The notes: generated from the letters alone by a model not told the origin. Shown: positions 20,544-30,645, counted from the stretch's first letter. The stretch: 64,000 bases of DNA from Alphaproteobacteria bacterium (GCA_965277685.1 OZ255830.1:1385367-1449366), one strand, 5' to 3'. Translations and numbers: made by a program.

Positions 20544-21515
20544 TCAAGCGACCCGATCGGGCGGGGCCTGACCGGCAAAAAACGCTTCGACATTGGTGAC
20601 CACCCGCATGCCCATGGCCTCGCGGGTTTCAAGACTGGCACTGCCGAGATGGGGTAATAAAAAGGCGTTTTCCGCCTGTAAAAGCCCGGGGTGGATGGAT
20701 GGCTCCCCGGCGTAGACATCCAAGCCGGCACCCTTGATCGTGCCTTTGGCAAGGGCGGTGACCAAGGCATCCTCGTCAACGATGTCGCCGCGCGCACTAT
20801 TGATCAGATAGGCGCCGGGCTTCATCCGGGCCAGGGTATCGCCATTGATTAAATGACGGGTTTCCGGTGTCGCCGGACAATGGATCGAGACAAAGTCACC
20901 CTCGGCAAGAACGGCATCCAAGCTGTCGACACGGCGCGCGGCCAAGGATTTTTCTTCGCCATCGGTTCGGTAATAGGGATCGTAATAGACGATATTCATG
21001 CCAAAGCCATGATGGGCGCGGTGGGCAGTTGCCCGGGCAATACGACCAAAGCCGATCAAAGCCAAGGTTTTGCCCGATACCTTGGTTCCCATCATATGGG
21101 TCGGTCGCCAACCGATCCAATCGCCGCCGCGCAAGTGACGCTCGCCCTCGCCGCCGCGCCGGGCCACGCCAAGAATCAACAAAAGGGCAATATCGGCGGT
21201 GCAATCGGTCAGGACTTCGGGGGTATTGGTCACGACGATGCCGGCCGATTTGGCCGCCTCGATGTCGATATTATTAAAGCCAACGCCAAAATTGCCGATG
21301 ATTTTCACCCGCCTTGGATCGGCATTGATCACGGATGCGTCAACCCGATCGGTCACGGTCGGCATAAGGGCATCATACGCGCCCATTGCATCGCGCAACT
21401 GATCGCCGGTCATCGGGCGATCATCGACATTTAATGTCGCGTCAAAAAGACGGGTGGCCTTTTCCTCGACCGCCTTTGGCCATCGGCGACTAAGGAGGAC
21501 TTTTGGCTTGCTCAT
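20544..21515 (-). CDS. D-isomer-specific 2-hydroxyacid dehydrogenase (glyoxylate/hydroxypyruvate reductase)
   Basis: NAD-binding GFGRIARATA. Catalytic region HLINGDTLARMKPGAYLINSARGDIVDEDAL. 323 aa. Confidence 0.85.
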   Translation of the reverse strand: MSKPKVLLSRRWPKAVEEKATRLFDATLNVDDRPMTGDQLRDAMGAYDALMPTVTDRVDASVINADPRRVKIIGNFGVGFNNIDIEAAKSAGIVVTNTPEVLTDCTADIALLLILGVARRGGEGERHLRGGDWIGWRPTHMMGTKVSGKTLALIGFGRIARATAHRAHHGFGMNIVYYDPYYRTDGEEKSLAARRVDSLDAVLAEGDFVSIHCPATPETRHLINGDTLARMKPGAYLINSARGDIVDEDALVTALAKGTIKGAGLDVYAGEPSIHPGLLQAENAFLLPHLGSASLETREAMGMRVVTNVEAFFAGQAPPDRVA

Positions 21516-21538
21516 AACTGGGGTCCCCGATTTATGCC

Positions 21539-22741
21539 CTAAGCATCAAGGGCTTTGCGCCAATATTCACCGGCGGCGGCCATGCCGCTTCCCGCTTTGA
21601 CGTCAATGCCACAATCGCGCATGGCCATTTCCGCGCCACTGATGGCACCGGCGACCTGCATTTCATTCAAATCGCCAAGATGGCCGATGCGAAAGACCTT
21701 GCCCGCAACTTCGTTCAATCCGGCCCCAAGCGAGATATGATATTTGGAAAAAGCGGTGGCAATGACCTCTTTGGCATCCGCGCCTTCCGGCACGCAAATC
21801 GCGCTTACGGTGTCGGATTCCCATTCCGGGCCTTGCGCGCATAGGCGAAGCCCCCAACCGTCCTTGACCGCGCGGCGCACGCCCTCGGCGATGCGGTGAT
21901 GGCGTTTGTGGACATTGTCCAACCCTTCCTCGAACAGGATGTCGATGGCAACGCGCAAGGCGCGCAACATCGGAATTTGCGGGGTATAGGGGAAATATCC
22001 GTCCTTGTTGGTTTTCATCATATCTTCCCACGCGTAATAGCAACGCTTTGATTTGGACGAGGCGTTGGCGGCAATAGCCTTTTCACTGGCCGCGATAATG
22101 CCCATACCGGCGGGAAGCATGAATCCTTTTTGCGATCCGGCGATGGCGCAATCGACGCCCCATTCGTCCATCTTGAACTCGATACTGGCGATCGAGGATA
22201 CCCCGTCAACGAATAACAGGGCCGGGTGCGCGGCACTATCCATCGCCTTGCGCACGGCGGCAACATCGCTTGTCACGCCGGTGGCGGTTTCATTATGCGT
22301 CACGCAGACGGCCTTGTATTCATGGGACGTGTCGGCGGATAAAATCCGTTCGACATCTTCGGCCGGGGTGCCGGTTCCCCATGGGCGGTCAATGACATTG
22401 ACGTCCATGCCAAGACGGCCAAGCATATCCGACCAGAGGAGGGAAAACGTACCAAAACGATAGATCAGAACCTTGTCCCCAGGGTTTAACGTGTTCAAAA
22501 TCGAGGATTCCCATGCCCCGGTTCCCGATCCGGGATAGACGAAAACGGTGCCTTTTTCGGTTCTGAAAACTTTTTTCAGATCGCGATAGAGGGGAATGGT
22601 GAATGCGGGGATTTCCGGGGAACGCTGATCCTCGGTGGAAATGTGGACGGCGTTTAAAACCGCCTCCGGAATATTGGTCGGGCCGGGAATAAAGATATGC
22701 ATACGACCGGGATGTTTGCGCGGCATGAAGCGTCCTTTCAC
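21539..22741 (-). CDS. serine--glyoxylate / alanine--glyoxylate aminotransferase (class V aminotransferase)
   Basis: Class V aminotransferase fold with a PLP-lysine region (IAGSQKGFMLPAGMGI). Start MPRKHPGRMHIFIPGPTNIPEAVLNA. 400 aa. Confidence 0.8.
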   Translation of the reverse strand: MKGRFMPRKHPGRMHIFIPGPTNIPEAVLNAVHISTEDQRSPEIPAFTIPLYRDLKKVFRTEKGTVFVYPGSGTGAWESSILNTLNPGDKVLIYRFGTFSLLWSDMLGRLGMDVNVIDRPWGTGTPAEDVERILSADTSHEYKAVCVTHNETATGVTSDVAAVRKAMDSAAHPALLFVDGVSSIASIEFKMDEWGVDCAIAGSQKGFMLPAGMGIIAASEKAIAANASSKSKRCYYAWEDMMKTNKDGYFPYTPQIPMLRALRVAIDILFEEGLDNVHKRHHRIAEGVRRAVKDGWGLRLCAQGPEWESDTVSAICVPEGADAKEVIATAFSKYHISLGAGLNEVAGKVFRIGHLGDLNEMQVAGAISGAEMAMRDCGIDVKAGSGMAAAGEYWRKALDA

Positions 22742-22841
22742 TAAGATACGAAAAACCTTGAAGAGCAGGCAAGATAAAGAATTGCCTGCTTGAAATCAAC
22801 AATCGATATCAATTTTTCCGACATTGGTTTTATCCACGGTT

Positions 22842-25085
22842 TTATCGATGCGGATTTTCCGCCTCGGTCTTTTCGATGCAATGATTCTCGTCCTGCATCA
22901 ACTTGCCCAGCATCGACCAGCGTTGGGTCGATGCGTGACTGGAGACCGCCATTTCCATGGCCCGTTGCTGGCCGATAATAATGACCAGCTGTTTGCCGCG
23001 GGTCATGGCGGTATAGAGCAAATCACGGCGCAGCATTAAATAATGCTGGGTGACGAGGGGAATCACCACCGCCGGATATTCCGATCCTTGCGATTTATGG
23101 ATGGTTGTTGCATAGGCCGGGACGAGTTGATCGATTTCCTTGAAGCTATAGGAAACAAGGCGCGTGCCGAACCCTACGTCAAGGCGGCTGTCGGCAAGGG
23201 AGATATCGCGGATAAAGCCGATATCGCCGTTATAGATATTTTTGTCATAGTCATTTTCGGTCTGCATGACTTTATCGCCGGCCCGCAACGTGCGTCCCAT
23301 TTTCTCGACCTGCAGCGAGGGATTGGGATTCACGCGTTGGCGCATATGGTCGTTTAAGTTAAGCACGCCAAGCATTCCCCGATTCATAGGTGTCAATATC
23401 TGGATATCGCGCACGGGATCAAGATGGTAACGGCGTGGAATGCGCTGGGTGACAATTTTCAAAATTTTATCCAGCGCGTCTTCTTGGCTGTCGGCGTTGA
23501 CGAAGTAAAAATCACGATGCGGATGGTCGTCGGGTGCGTTTATCGGTAATTTTCCCTCATTGACCCGATGGGCGTTGACGATGATTTGGCTGGATTTTGC
23601 CTGGCGAAAGATATCGGTCAATCGCGCGCTATCCAATGTTCCCGAAGCCAGGCAATCGGCAAAGGCTTGTCCCGGGCCGACCGGCGGTAATTGATCGGCA
23701 TCGCCGACCATTAGAATGGCGGCATGATCGCTTAACGCCCGCAACAGGGCATGAAAAAGTGGGATATCGACCATCGACATTTCATCGACGATGATCAAAT
23801 CGCAATCGAGGGGATTGCGTGGATTGCGGCGGAACGTGCCTTTGCCGGGATTGACTTCCAACAGACGATGGATGGTTTTGGCTTCGGTATCGGTGCTTTC
23901 GGATAATCGTTTTGCCGCCCGTCCGGTCGGGGCGCATAACTCGATCTTGACCTTGCGTGCTTTGATAATCGTTAAATAGACGTTGATCAAAGTCGTCTTG
24001 CCGACACCCGGCCCGCCGGTCAGGACAAACACCTTCTTTTTCAGTGCTTTTTCCAGCGCTTGCCGTTGCCCCGGCGCGAGGGTGATGCCGATATTCTTTT
24101 GGGCCCAATCGATGGCCTTGCTTGTGTCGATGGCGGTCCATGGTGGCGGCTGGGCCGATTTTTTGCGCAGTTGGGTGGCAATCGCGCATTCGGCGTGATA
24201 GAGCGCCCGGGCAAACACACAGACATGATCGCGTATCGTGTCCCGGACGAGATCGCCGCGCTCGATGGCGGCCAATAGGGCTTTTTCGGTAATATCGCTG
24301 TCCAGTTCGAGCAACTCGGAACTTTGCGCGCATAGTTGCAGATAGGGCAGGCCGCAGTGGCCATTATTGGCGGCTTCACGCATCAGGAACGTCAAAGCGG
24401 CGGCAATGCGTGACGGCGCGTTTTTGGCAACACCAAGTTTGCGGGCGACTTCGTCGGCAAGGCGAAAGCCGATGCCGGAAATATCACGGGCCAGGCAATA
24501 GGGATCGGCCGTGATTCGTTCCATGGTGTTTTCCCCATAGATGCGATAAATATTGGCGGCGCGGGCCATGCCGATTCCTTGGGAATGGAGGAAAATCATC
24601 GTTTCCCGCATCACTTTTTGCTCTTCCCAAGAATCGCGAATCATGGCGAGACGCTTTTTGCCGATGCCTTTGACTTTTTTGAGTTGGTGAAGGTCGTTTT
24701 CGATAACATCGAGCACCTTCTCGCCAAACGTTTCGACCAGACGCCGGGCATAGACCTTGCTGATACCGTTGATGGCCCCGGATGAAAGAAAGCGTTCGAT
24801 GCCTTCCTTGTTGCTTGGCGGCTTGATTTGGATGGCATCGGCCTTGAATTGGGCGCCATAGGATGATTCGTGCCAATTTCCGCGTGCCTTAAGAATATTG
24901 CCGACATGAATATTGCCGTTCCCATGGCCGACGACACGGATGGAATCTTTGCTGTCCGGCAGTTTGACGGCCAGGACGTAAAATCCGTTTTCCGGATTAT
25001 GATAGACAATGCGGCCGACCTCCCCGGATATGGTTTCAAAGGATGTCTTATGATCTTTTTCGGTCGGAATCATGACGGCCATCAT
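22842..25085 (-). CDS. recD2: RecD2-type ATP-dependent DNA helicase (RecD/TraA family)
   Basis: N-terminal OB/HhH region. Walker A LTGGPGVGKTT. Motifs IIVDEMSMVD and ILMVGDADQLPPVGPG. C-terminal SH3-like region. The ATG at 25085 overlaps the mfd TGA (ATGA overlap). Confidence 0.85.
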   Translation of the reverse strand: MMAVMIPTEKDHKTSFETISGEVGRIVYHNPENGFYVLAVKLPDSKDSIRVVGHGNGNIHVGNILKARGNWHESSYGAQFKADAIQIKPPSNKEGIERFLSSGAINGISKVYARRLVETFGEKVLDVIENDLHQLKKVKGIGKKRLAMIRDSWEEQKVMRETMIFLHSQGIGMARAANIYRIYGENTMERITADPYCLARDISGIGFRLADEVARKLGVAKNAPSRIAAALTFLMREAANNGHCGLPYLQLCAQSSELLELDSDITEKALLAAIERGDLVRDTIRDHVCVFARALYHAECAIATQLRKKSAQPPPWTAIDTSKAIDWAQKNIGITLAPGQRQALEKALKKKVFVLTGGPGVGKTTLINVYLTIIKARKVKIELCAPTGRAAKRLSESTDTEAKTIHRLLEVNPGKGTFRRNPRNPLDCDLIIVDEMSMVDIPLFHALLRALSDHAAILMVGDADQLPPVGPGQAFADCLASGTLDSARLTDIFRQAKSSQIIVNAHRVNEGKLPINAPDDHPHRDFYFVNADSQEDALDKILKIVTQRIPRRYHLDPVRDIQILTPMNRGMLGVLNLNDHMRQRVNPNPSLQVEKMGRTLRAGDKVMQTENDYDKNIYNGDIGFIRDISLADSRLDVGFGTRLVSYSFKEIDQLVPAYATTIHKSQGSEYPAVVIPLVTQHYLMLRRDLLYTAMTRGKQLVIIIGQQRAMEMAVSSHASTQRWSMLGKLMQDENHCIEKTEAENPHR

Positions 25086-28000
25086 GACGGCGCGTGGGTG
25101 GCAAGATCGGCAAGCACGTTGATGATATGATTGAGCGTATCGATCACCGGCCCGGTCGAGCGGGCGATAAGACAATGATCCGGGCGCAGTCGCAGGCTAT
25201 GACGATTTTGCTCGATCCATTGTAATAACCCGTCGACATTGGCAAAATGCGCTTTGCGGAAATGGATGATATTTCCCTTTGGCCCGGTTTCGATTTTTTC
25301 GATTCCGGCCCGCAGACATCCTTCTTTCATCCTAAGAACGGCAAGAAAATTATCCGCTTCTTCCGGCAAAGGCCCGAAACGATCTTTTAGCTCCGCCGCA
25401 AAATCTTCAATCTGGCGGCGTGTTTTTAAATTCGCGCCGCGCCGATACAAGCCCATACGAAGATCGAGGGCGGGAATATAATCGGACGGCAGAAGAACCG
25501 ATACACCAAGATGGATTTGAGGACTCCAGTCATGGGAGTCATCAAAGTCAGGGGATTCATCAAGGTCAGGGGATTCATCAACGTCAGGATTCTCGGCCCG
25601 GTCGTTGCCATGCGCCCCGATGATATCGGACGCATGCGCGTCATTTGGCCGATCCGAGCGACCGGCCATGATCGCCTCACGCAACAGACGTTGATAGAGT
25701 TCCGCCCCCACTTCACGGATATGTCCCGATTGTTCCGAGCCGAGAAGGTTGCCGCCACCGCGCAGGTCAAGATCGTGGCTGGCGATGGCAAATCCGGCAC
25801 CGAGTGAATCGAAAGCGCTTAACGCCTCAAGACGATGGCGGGCCGCATTCGTCAATTTTTGGGCGCGCGGAAGAAGAAAATACGCCCAGCCACGCCGGTC
25901 GGCGCGCCCAATTCGACCGCGAATCTGGTGCATCTGGGCCAGTCCGAACATATCGGCTCGCTCGACAATCAATGTATTGGCCTGGGGAATATCAAGCCCC
26001 GATTCAATGATCGGTGTTGCCAGAAGAACATCGTAACGGCCATCATAGAAATCGCCGATCGCTTTTTCCAGTTCTCGATTGGTCATTTGGCCGTGCGCCA
26101 CGGCAATGCTCAATTCGGGAACCCGCTTTTTAAGGTGGCGCAGGGCGCCGTCAATATGGCTGACTCGCGGGACGATATAGAAAGACCTTCCGTCGCGGTC
26201 ATGCTCACGCATTAGGGCTTCGCGGATAATGATCGGATCAAAGTCGGTCACGAAGGTGCGTACCGACAAGCGGTCGCTGGGCGGGGTGGAAATCAGACTC
26301 ATATCCCGAACGCCGCTGAGAGAAAATTGCAACGTGCGCGGGATCGGTGTTGCGCTGAGGGAAAGAATATGGCTTTGGTCACGAATACGCCGAAGCGCCT
26401 CTTTTTGGCGGACGCCGAAATGCTGCTCTTCATCGATGATGGCAAGCCCGAGTTTGTGAAAGGATAACCCCGGGGCAAGCAGGGCGTGCGTGCCGATGAC
26501 GATATCGACGGTTCCTTCGCGTAACTGATCCCGCACCTGCTTGGCTTGGTCGGGTTTGGTAAAGCGCGATAATTGTCCGATTCTAAACGGCAAATCACGA
26601 AAACGGTTTTCGAAATTCTCCCGGTGCTGGCGGGCCAGAAGGGTCGTTGGGGTTAATACCGCAACCTGACACCCTTGGGATGCGATGACGAAAGTGGCGC
26701 GCAAGGCAATTTCCGTTTTGCCGAACCCGACATCGCCACAGATCAGGCGATCCATCGGTTTTCCGGACGACAAATCGGATAGAACATCGTCAATGGCGCG
26801 TCTTTGATCGTCGGTTTCGGGAAATGGAAAGCGGGCGCAAAATTCTTCATAGGGGCCATTCGAAACACGATAGGACGGCGCTTTGGCGAGGGATCGGCGG
26901 GCTGCGGTTTTAAGCAGATGATCGGCAAGGTCACGCAGACGCTTTTTGACCGCTTCGCGCCGGATCGTCCATGCGGTCGATCCCATCTTGTCGAGCGGCA
27001 TATCGCCACCCCGGCCATAGCGCGATAAAATTTCAATATTTTCGACCGGCACGAAAAGAATGTCACCGCCGCGATAGCTTATCTCCAGGCAATCGTGGCT
27101 TGAATGATCGATATCAAGAGTTTTCAAACCCTGATAGCGTCCGATGCCGTGCTGACGGTGGACGAGTAATTCGCCCGGGTTAAGGACATCGTCCTCCCGC
27201 AGCGATTTTTTTTCATCTTTTTGATTGCTCCAGGATCGTCGGTGTTTGCCGCCAAAAAGATCTTGCTCGCCAATGACCAGCAAGTCGCCCGTGGAAAAAC
27301 CGCTATCCAAATCAAGAAGGGCCGAAAAGGGGGATGATTCCTTTACGTCATGGATGCTGGCGGCGATCTTCGGCATCGGCAGCCCACGGCGGGAAAAGAT
27401 ATTTTCCACCCGACGGCGCGACGATTCATCGGTCAGGGCAATGACGGTGCGGCGTTTGCGATCGATATCCCGGGCAAGGGTGCGATACCGCGCATCGGCC
27501 GGGGTTATGCTATGATAATTCGGTGCGCCCCGGCCATTGGCATCCCAATAATTTTCCTTTGCGGCACCGGTGAAAGGGGAAAAGATGCAAGAGCGATAGA
27601 GCAAGCCATCGCGCGATGGGGATTTTTGTCCCTTATGATTGTCATTCGCCATTCGGGGAAAGCGCCAGTGATCCTTGTCCAGATACAGGGCTTTGGGCGT
27701 TGCTAGACGGGGGTTTTGATCGTTGCCGGAGGGCGCTTTGCGGGTCTTTCTTCCAAATTCCTCGATCCTTGATGAAGATAAATTCCGCCGCATGTCATAA
27801 TTGGCGTGAACGGTCTCGACGAAACTGTCCATGGCCCCAAGACTGTCCGCATCGAAGGATAAAAGGCATCCCTTGTCTAAATAATGATGCAAGGGGACAA
27901 GGGAGGGTTGAAATAAAGCGAGCCAGTGGTGAATGCCGTTGGCATCACCGGATGCGACCACGTCACGATAAAAGGGGTCATTGTGTAAACCTTCCCCGGT

Positions 28001-28714
28001 GAGTGAGGCATAGCCGATTTTGAACGAGTGGATGGTTTCCGGCCCGCGTTCGATTTCATCGGCCGGCGTTAAGGTAATGTCTTGCGCATTGGCAATGCTA
28101 AGTTGGGAAGAAGGGTCAAAAGTGCGAATATCTTCAATCACATCGCCAAAGAAATCGATGCGAAAAGGGTGATCGGCATCGGGGGGGAAAATATCCAAAA
28201 GACCGCCGCGCCGGCAGAATTCGCCGACCATGCGGGTTGTGTCGACGCGTTGATAGCCATAGCGCAGCGCATAATCCTCGATCTTTTGCTGGCGCAGATT
28301 CTGTCCGCTTTTAATGATCCATTGGCCGTTTTGGAAATATTGGGCCGGGGGAAGGCGTTGCATGGCTGCGGCGGCGGTTGTGATGATGATGCGCTTGCCG
28401 GGGTTTGGCCGCGCAAGTTGGGCGCATCCACGCATTCTTGCCGCCATTGTCGCTTTGCCGGGAGATATAAGGCTATAGGGCGGGCAGTCCCAGGCAGGAA
28501 TGTGAATGATGTCAATTCCCGGGGCAAAAAAGGCCAGCGTCGAAAGCAATGACTGGGCCCGTCGGTCGTGTTCCGCGATATGCAGAATTTCATCGATTCC
28601 ATCACGTTCAATAAGTCCGGCCAGGAAAAAGGCCACCATTGACGGGGGCATTTGACCGATGGTCAAACCATGTTTAATGGGAGGAAATTGCATCTTTAGC
28701 TTTGCCGTGACCAA
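25082..28714 (-). CDS. mfd: transcription-repair coupling factor
   Basis: 1210 aa. UvrB-homology N-terminal region. RNAP-interacting domain. Superfamily 2 helicase motifs GDVGFGKTE, DEEQHFG, LSATPIPRT. TRCF C-terminal domain. Contains an in-frame acidic repeat insertion (...ENPDVDESPDLDESPDFDDSHDW). Confidence 0.95.
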   Translation of the reverse strand: MVTAKLKMQFPPIKHGLTIGQMPPSMVAFFLAGLIERDGIDEILHIAEHDRRAQSLLSTLAFFAPGIDIIHIPAWDCPPYSLISPGKATMAARMRGCAQLARPNPGKRIIITTAAAAMQRLPPAQYFQNGQWIIKSGQNLRQQKIEDYALRYGYQRVDTTRMVGEFCRRGGLLDIFPPDADHPFRIDFFGDVIEDIRTFDPSSQLSIANAQDITLTPADEIERGPETIHSFKIGYASLTGEGLHNDPFYRDVVASGDANGIHHWLALFQPSLVPLHHYLDKGCLLSFDADSLGAMDSFVETVHANYDMRRNLSSSRIEEFGRKTRKAPSGNDQNPRLATPKALYLDKDHWRFPRMANDNHKGQKSPSRDGLLYRSCIFSPFTGAAKENYWDANGRGAPNYHSITPADARYRTLARDIDRKRRTVIALTDESSRRRVENIFSRRGLPMPKIAASIHDVKESSPFSALLDLDSGFSTGDLLVIGEQDLFGGKHRRSWSNQKDEKKSLREDDVLNPGELLVHRQHGIGRYQGLKTLDIDHSSHDCLEISYRGGDILFVPVENIEILSRYGRGGDMPLDKMGSTAWTIRREAVKKRLRDLADHLLKTAARRSLAKAPSYRVSNGPYEEFCARFPFPETDDQRRAIDDVLSDLSSGKPMDRLICGDVGFGKTEIALRATFVIASQGCQVAVLTPTTLLARQHRENFENRFRDLPFRIGQLSRFTKPDQAKQVRDQLREGTVDIVIGTHALLAPGLSFHKLGLAIIDEEQHFGVRQKEALRRIRDQSHILSLSATPIPRTLQFSLSGVRDMSLISTPPSDRLSVRTFVTDFDPIIIREALMREHDRDGRSFYIVPRVSHIDGALRHLKKRVPELSIAVAHGQMTNRELEKAIGDFYDGRYDVLLATPIIESGLDIPQANTLIVERADMFGLAQMHQIRGRIGRADRRGWAYFLLPRAQKLTNAARHRLEALSAFDSLGAGFAIASHDLDLRGGGNLLGSEQSGHIREVGAELYQRLLREAIMAGRSDRPNDAHASDIIGAHGNDRAENPDVDESPDLDESPDFDDSHDWSPQIHLGVSVLLPSDYIPALDLRMGLYRRGANLKTRRQIEDFAAELKDRFGPLPEEADNFLAVLRMKEGCLRAGIEKIETGPKGNIIHFRKAHFANVDGLLQWIEQNRHSLRLRPDHCLIARSTGPVIDTLNHIINVLADLATHAPS

Positions 28715-28964
28715 GGGTGTGGTGCCGCAGGTGATCGATCATGGAACCATTGATGGTCTTTGGCGGTTTTTCACCGCTGATAATCCAGGCATGAATATCG
28801 GCATCGCTTTGCGCCAGAATATGTTCGAAATGGTCCAACTGATCGGCATTAAACGAAGCCAGATGGGACAACGCGAAGGGGGCGAGAAGCATTTCGGTTT
28901 CGCGCTTGCCGCGGTAACAACAGCGAAAATATATTTTTTTTAGGCGGGGGTCGGTAAAATGCAT
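28674..28964 (-). CDS. sdhE: succinate dehydrogenase assembly factor 2 (FAD assembly factor SdhE, DUF339)
   Basis: 96 aa with the RGxxE motif (YRGKRETEMLL), then DQLDHFEHILAQSDADIHAWI. Its 3' end overlaps the predicted mfd start by 41 bp. Confidence 0.7.
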   Translation of the reverse strand: MHFTDPRLKKIYFRCCYRGKRETEMLLAPFALSHLASFNADQLDHFEHILAQSDADIHAWIISGEKPPKTINGSMIDHLRHHTLGHGKAKDAISSH

Positions 28965-29061
28965 GGTGTCGCAAGTTGCTTTAGTGCCGAAAGAACCATA
29001 AATTATCCCGATATGCGCGGCGGAACGGGGACGCGATCGCCATCATCACGGGAGGACGGAC

Positions 29062-30333
29062 ATGACCTATAAATCACCATTCATGCGCCAAGCGCAAGAG
29101 CGGGGTTTTTTCCACCAATGCAGTGATGACGAAGGGATGGACGTGCTTCTTGCCGCCAATGGAGAGGGGCGCGCCAAAGATGGGCAAAAGAAAGGCCGAC
29201 CGATCGGTGCGTATGTCGGTTTTGACGGCACCGCTTCGTCATTGCATGTCGGTAATCTTGTATCGATCATGTTGCTGCGTTTGTTCCAGCGTTGCGGCCA
29301 TCGACCGATTGTTCTGCTGGGCGGGGGGACAACCAGGGTTGGCGATCCGTCCGGTAAGGAGGAAAGCCGTCGTCTGATCGGGCATGATGCGATCCGCGCG
29401 AATTTGGCATCTTTTTCCGAAACGTTTCATCGCTTCCTGGACTTTCGTGGGCCCAACGCGGCCATGGTGGTGGATAACGGCGAGTGGCTCGATAACCTTA
29501 ATCACTTGACGTTCTTGCGTGACATCGGTCGTCATTTTTCGATGAGCCGCATGTTAAGTCAAGATTCGGTTCGCCTGCGGTTGGAACGCGAGCAAAATCT
29601 ATCTTTTCTCGAATTCAATTATATGGTTTTGCAGGCGTATGATTTTCTTGAAGTTTCGCGCCGCAATATCTGTCCGATTCAAATGGGTGGCTCCGATCAA
29701 TGGGGCAATATTTTATGTGGAGTCGAGCTTGGACGAAGGGTCGATAACCGGCCTTTGTTTGCCTTGACGTGTCCTTTGATCGTGACGTCGGATGGACGCA
29801 AAATGGGTAAAACCGCCCGTGGGGCGGTATGGTTGGACGCGCAACGGACAAGCCATTGGGATTATTGGCAATTCTGGCGCAATGTTGCGGATGATGACGT
29901 ATCTCGGTTCTTGAAACTCTTTACCGATCTTGATGTGGATACCATTGATACCCTTTGCCGGGGCGATATCAATCAGGCTAAGAAAACCCTTGCGGATCAA
30001 GCAACGACCCTTTGCCATGGGTCGGATGCGGCGGCGGCCATTCGAAAACGGGCGGCCGAGGTTTTTGAAAAGGGTGGCCGTGGCGGCATGGGCATGACGG
30101 TGCCTGCGGGTGATATTGCCGATGGAATGTCGCTTTTTCGGCTTTTGAATCATTGTTCTTTGGCGGCATCCGGCGCGCAGGGGCGGCGTTTGGTGCGGGC
30201 CGGTGCGGTGCGGCTGAATGGGGAAAAAGTCCATGACGAGACATATGTTGTCGGCAAAACGGATTTTGCCGACGACGGGACTCTTCACCTGACCGTCGGC
30301 AAGAAGCAGCATCGTTTGCTGAAGATCGGGTGA
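29062..30333 (+). CDS. tyrS: tyrosyl-tRNA synthetase
   Basis: HIGH-type motif (GFDGTASSLHVGNLVSIMLL). KMSKS-type KMGKT. C-terminal S4-like domain. 423 aa. Confidence 0.9.
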   Translation: MTYKSPFMRQAQERGFFHQCSDDEGMDVLLAANGEGRAKDGQKKGRPIGAYVGFDGTASSLHVGNLVSIMLLRLFQRCGHRPIVLLGGGTTRVGDPSGKEESRRLIGHDAIRANLASFSETFHRFLDFRGPNAAMVVDNGEWLDNLNHLTFLRDIGRHFSMSRMLSQDSVRLRLEREQNLSFLEFNYMVLQAYDFLEVSRRNICPIQMGGSDQWGNILCGVELGRRVDNRPLFALTCPLIVTSDGRKMGKTARGAVWLDAQRTSHWDYWQFWRNVADDDVSRFLKLFTDLDVDTIDTLCRGDINQAKKTLADQATTLCHGSDAAAAIRKRAAEVFEKGGRGGMGMTVPAGDIADGMSLFRLLNHCSLAASGAQGRRLVRAGAVRLNGEKVHDETYVVGKTDFADDGTLHLTVGKKQHRLLKIG

Positions 30334-30610
30334 TTGGAATTTGCGCCCTTTAGGCATGATCCCCCCCCATGCCGATATGGACCATGCCGGTATGGAAAAG
30401 AATGGCCCGCTGCTGACGCTTGGGTGATTGGAATTTGCGCCCTTTAGGCATGATCCCCCCATGCCGATATGGACCATGCCGGTATGGAAAAGAATGGCCC
30501 GCTGCTGAAGCTTGGGTGATTGGAATTTGCGCCCTTTAGGCATGATCCCCCCATGCCGGTGGACCATGCCGGTGGCGATAAAATGGCCCGCCCATGGGTA
30601 TATGGGGGGA
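30330..30610. repeat. three tandem copies of a ~93-bp unit that begins at the tyrS stop codon; each unit has a poly-C tract (8/6/6 C) flanked by the inverted repeat ggcatg...catgcc
   Basis: Unit: gtgattggaatttgcgccctttaggcatgatcccccc(cc)atgccgatatggaccatgccggtatggaaaagaatggcccgctgctga[c/a]gcttgg. The tga of gggtgattgg is the tyrS stop and is re-copied in every unit. Confidence 0.9.
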
Positions 30611-30645
30611 TGATCGGCCAAGGATATGATGCGTGGCGGGTACCC

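Noticed and set aside
20853-21434. ORFs 20853..21434 (+), 20867..21277 (+) and 20896..21204 (-)
   Set aside because: Antisense or off-frame ORFs within the hydroxypyruvate reductase gene. Arg-rich, with no motifs.
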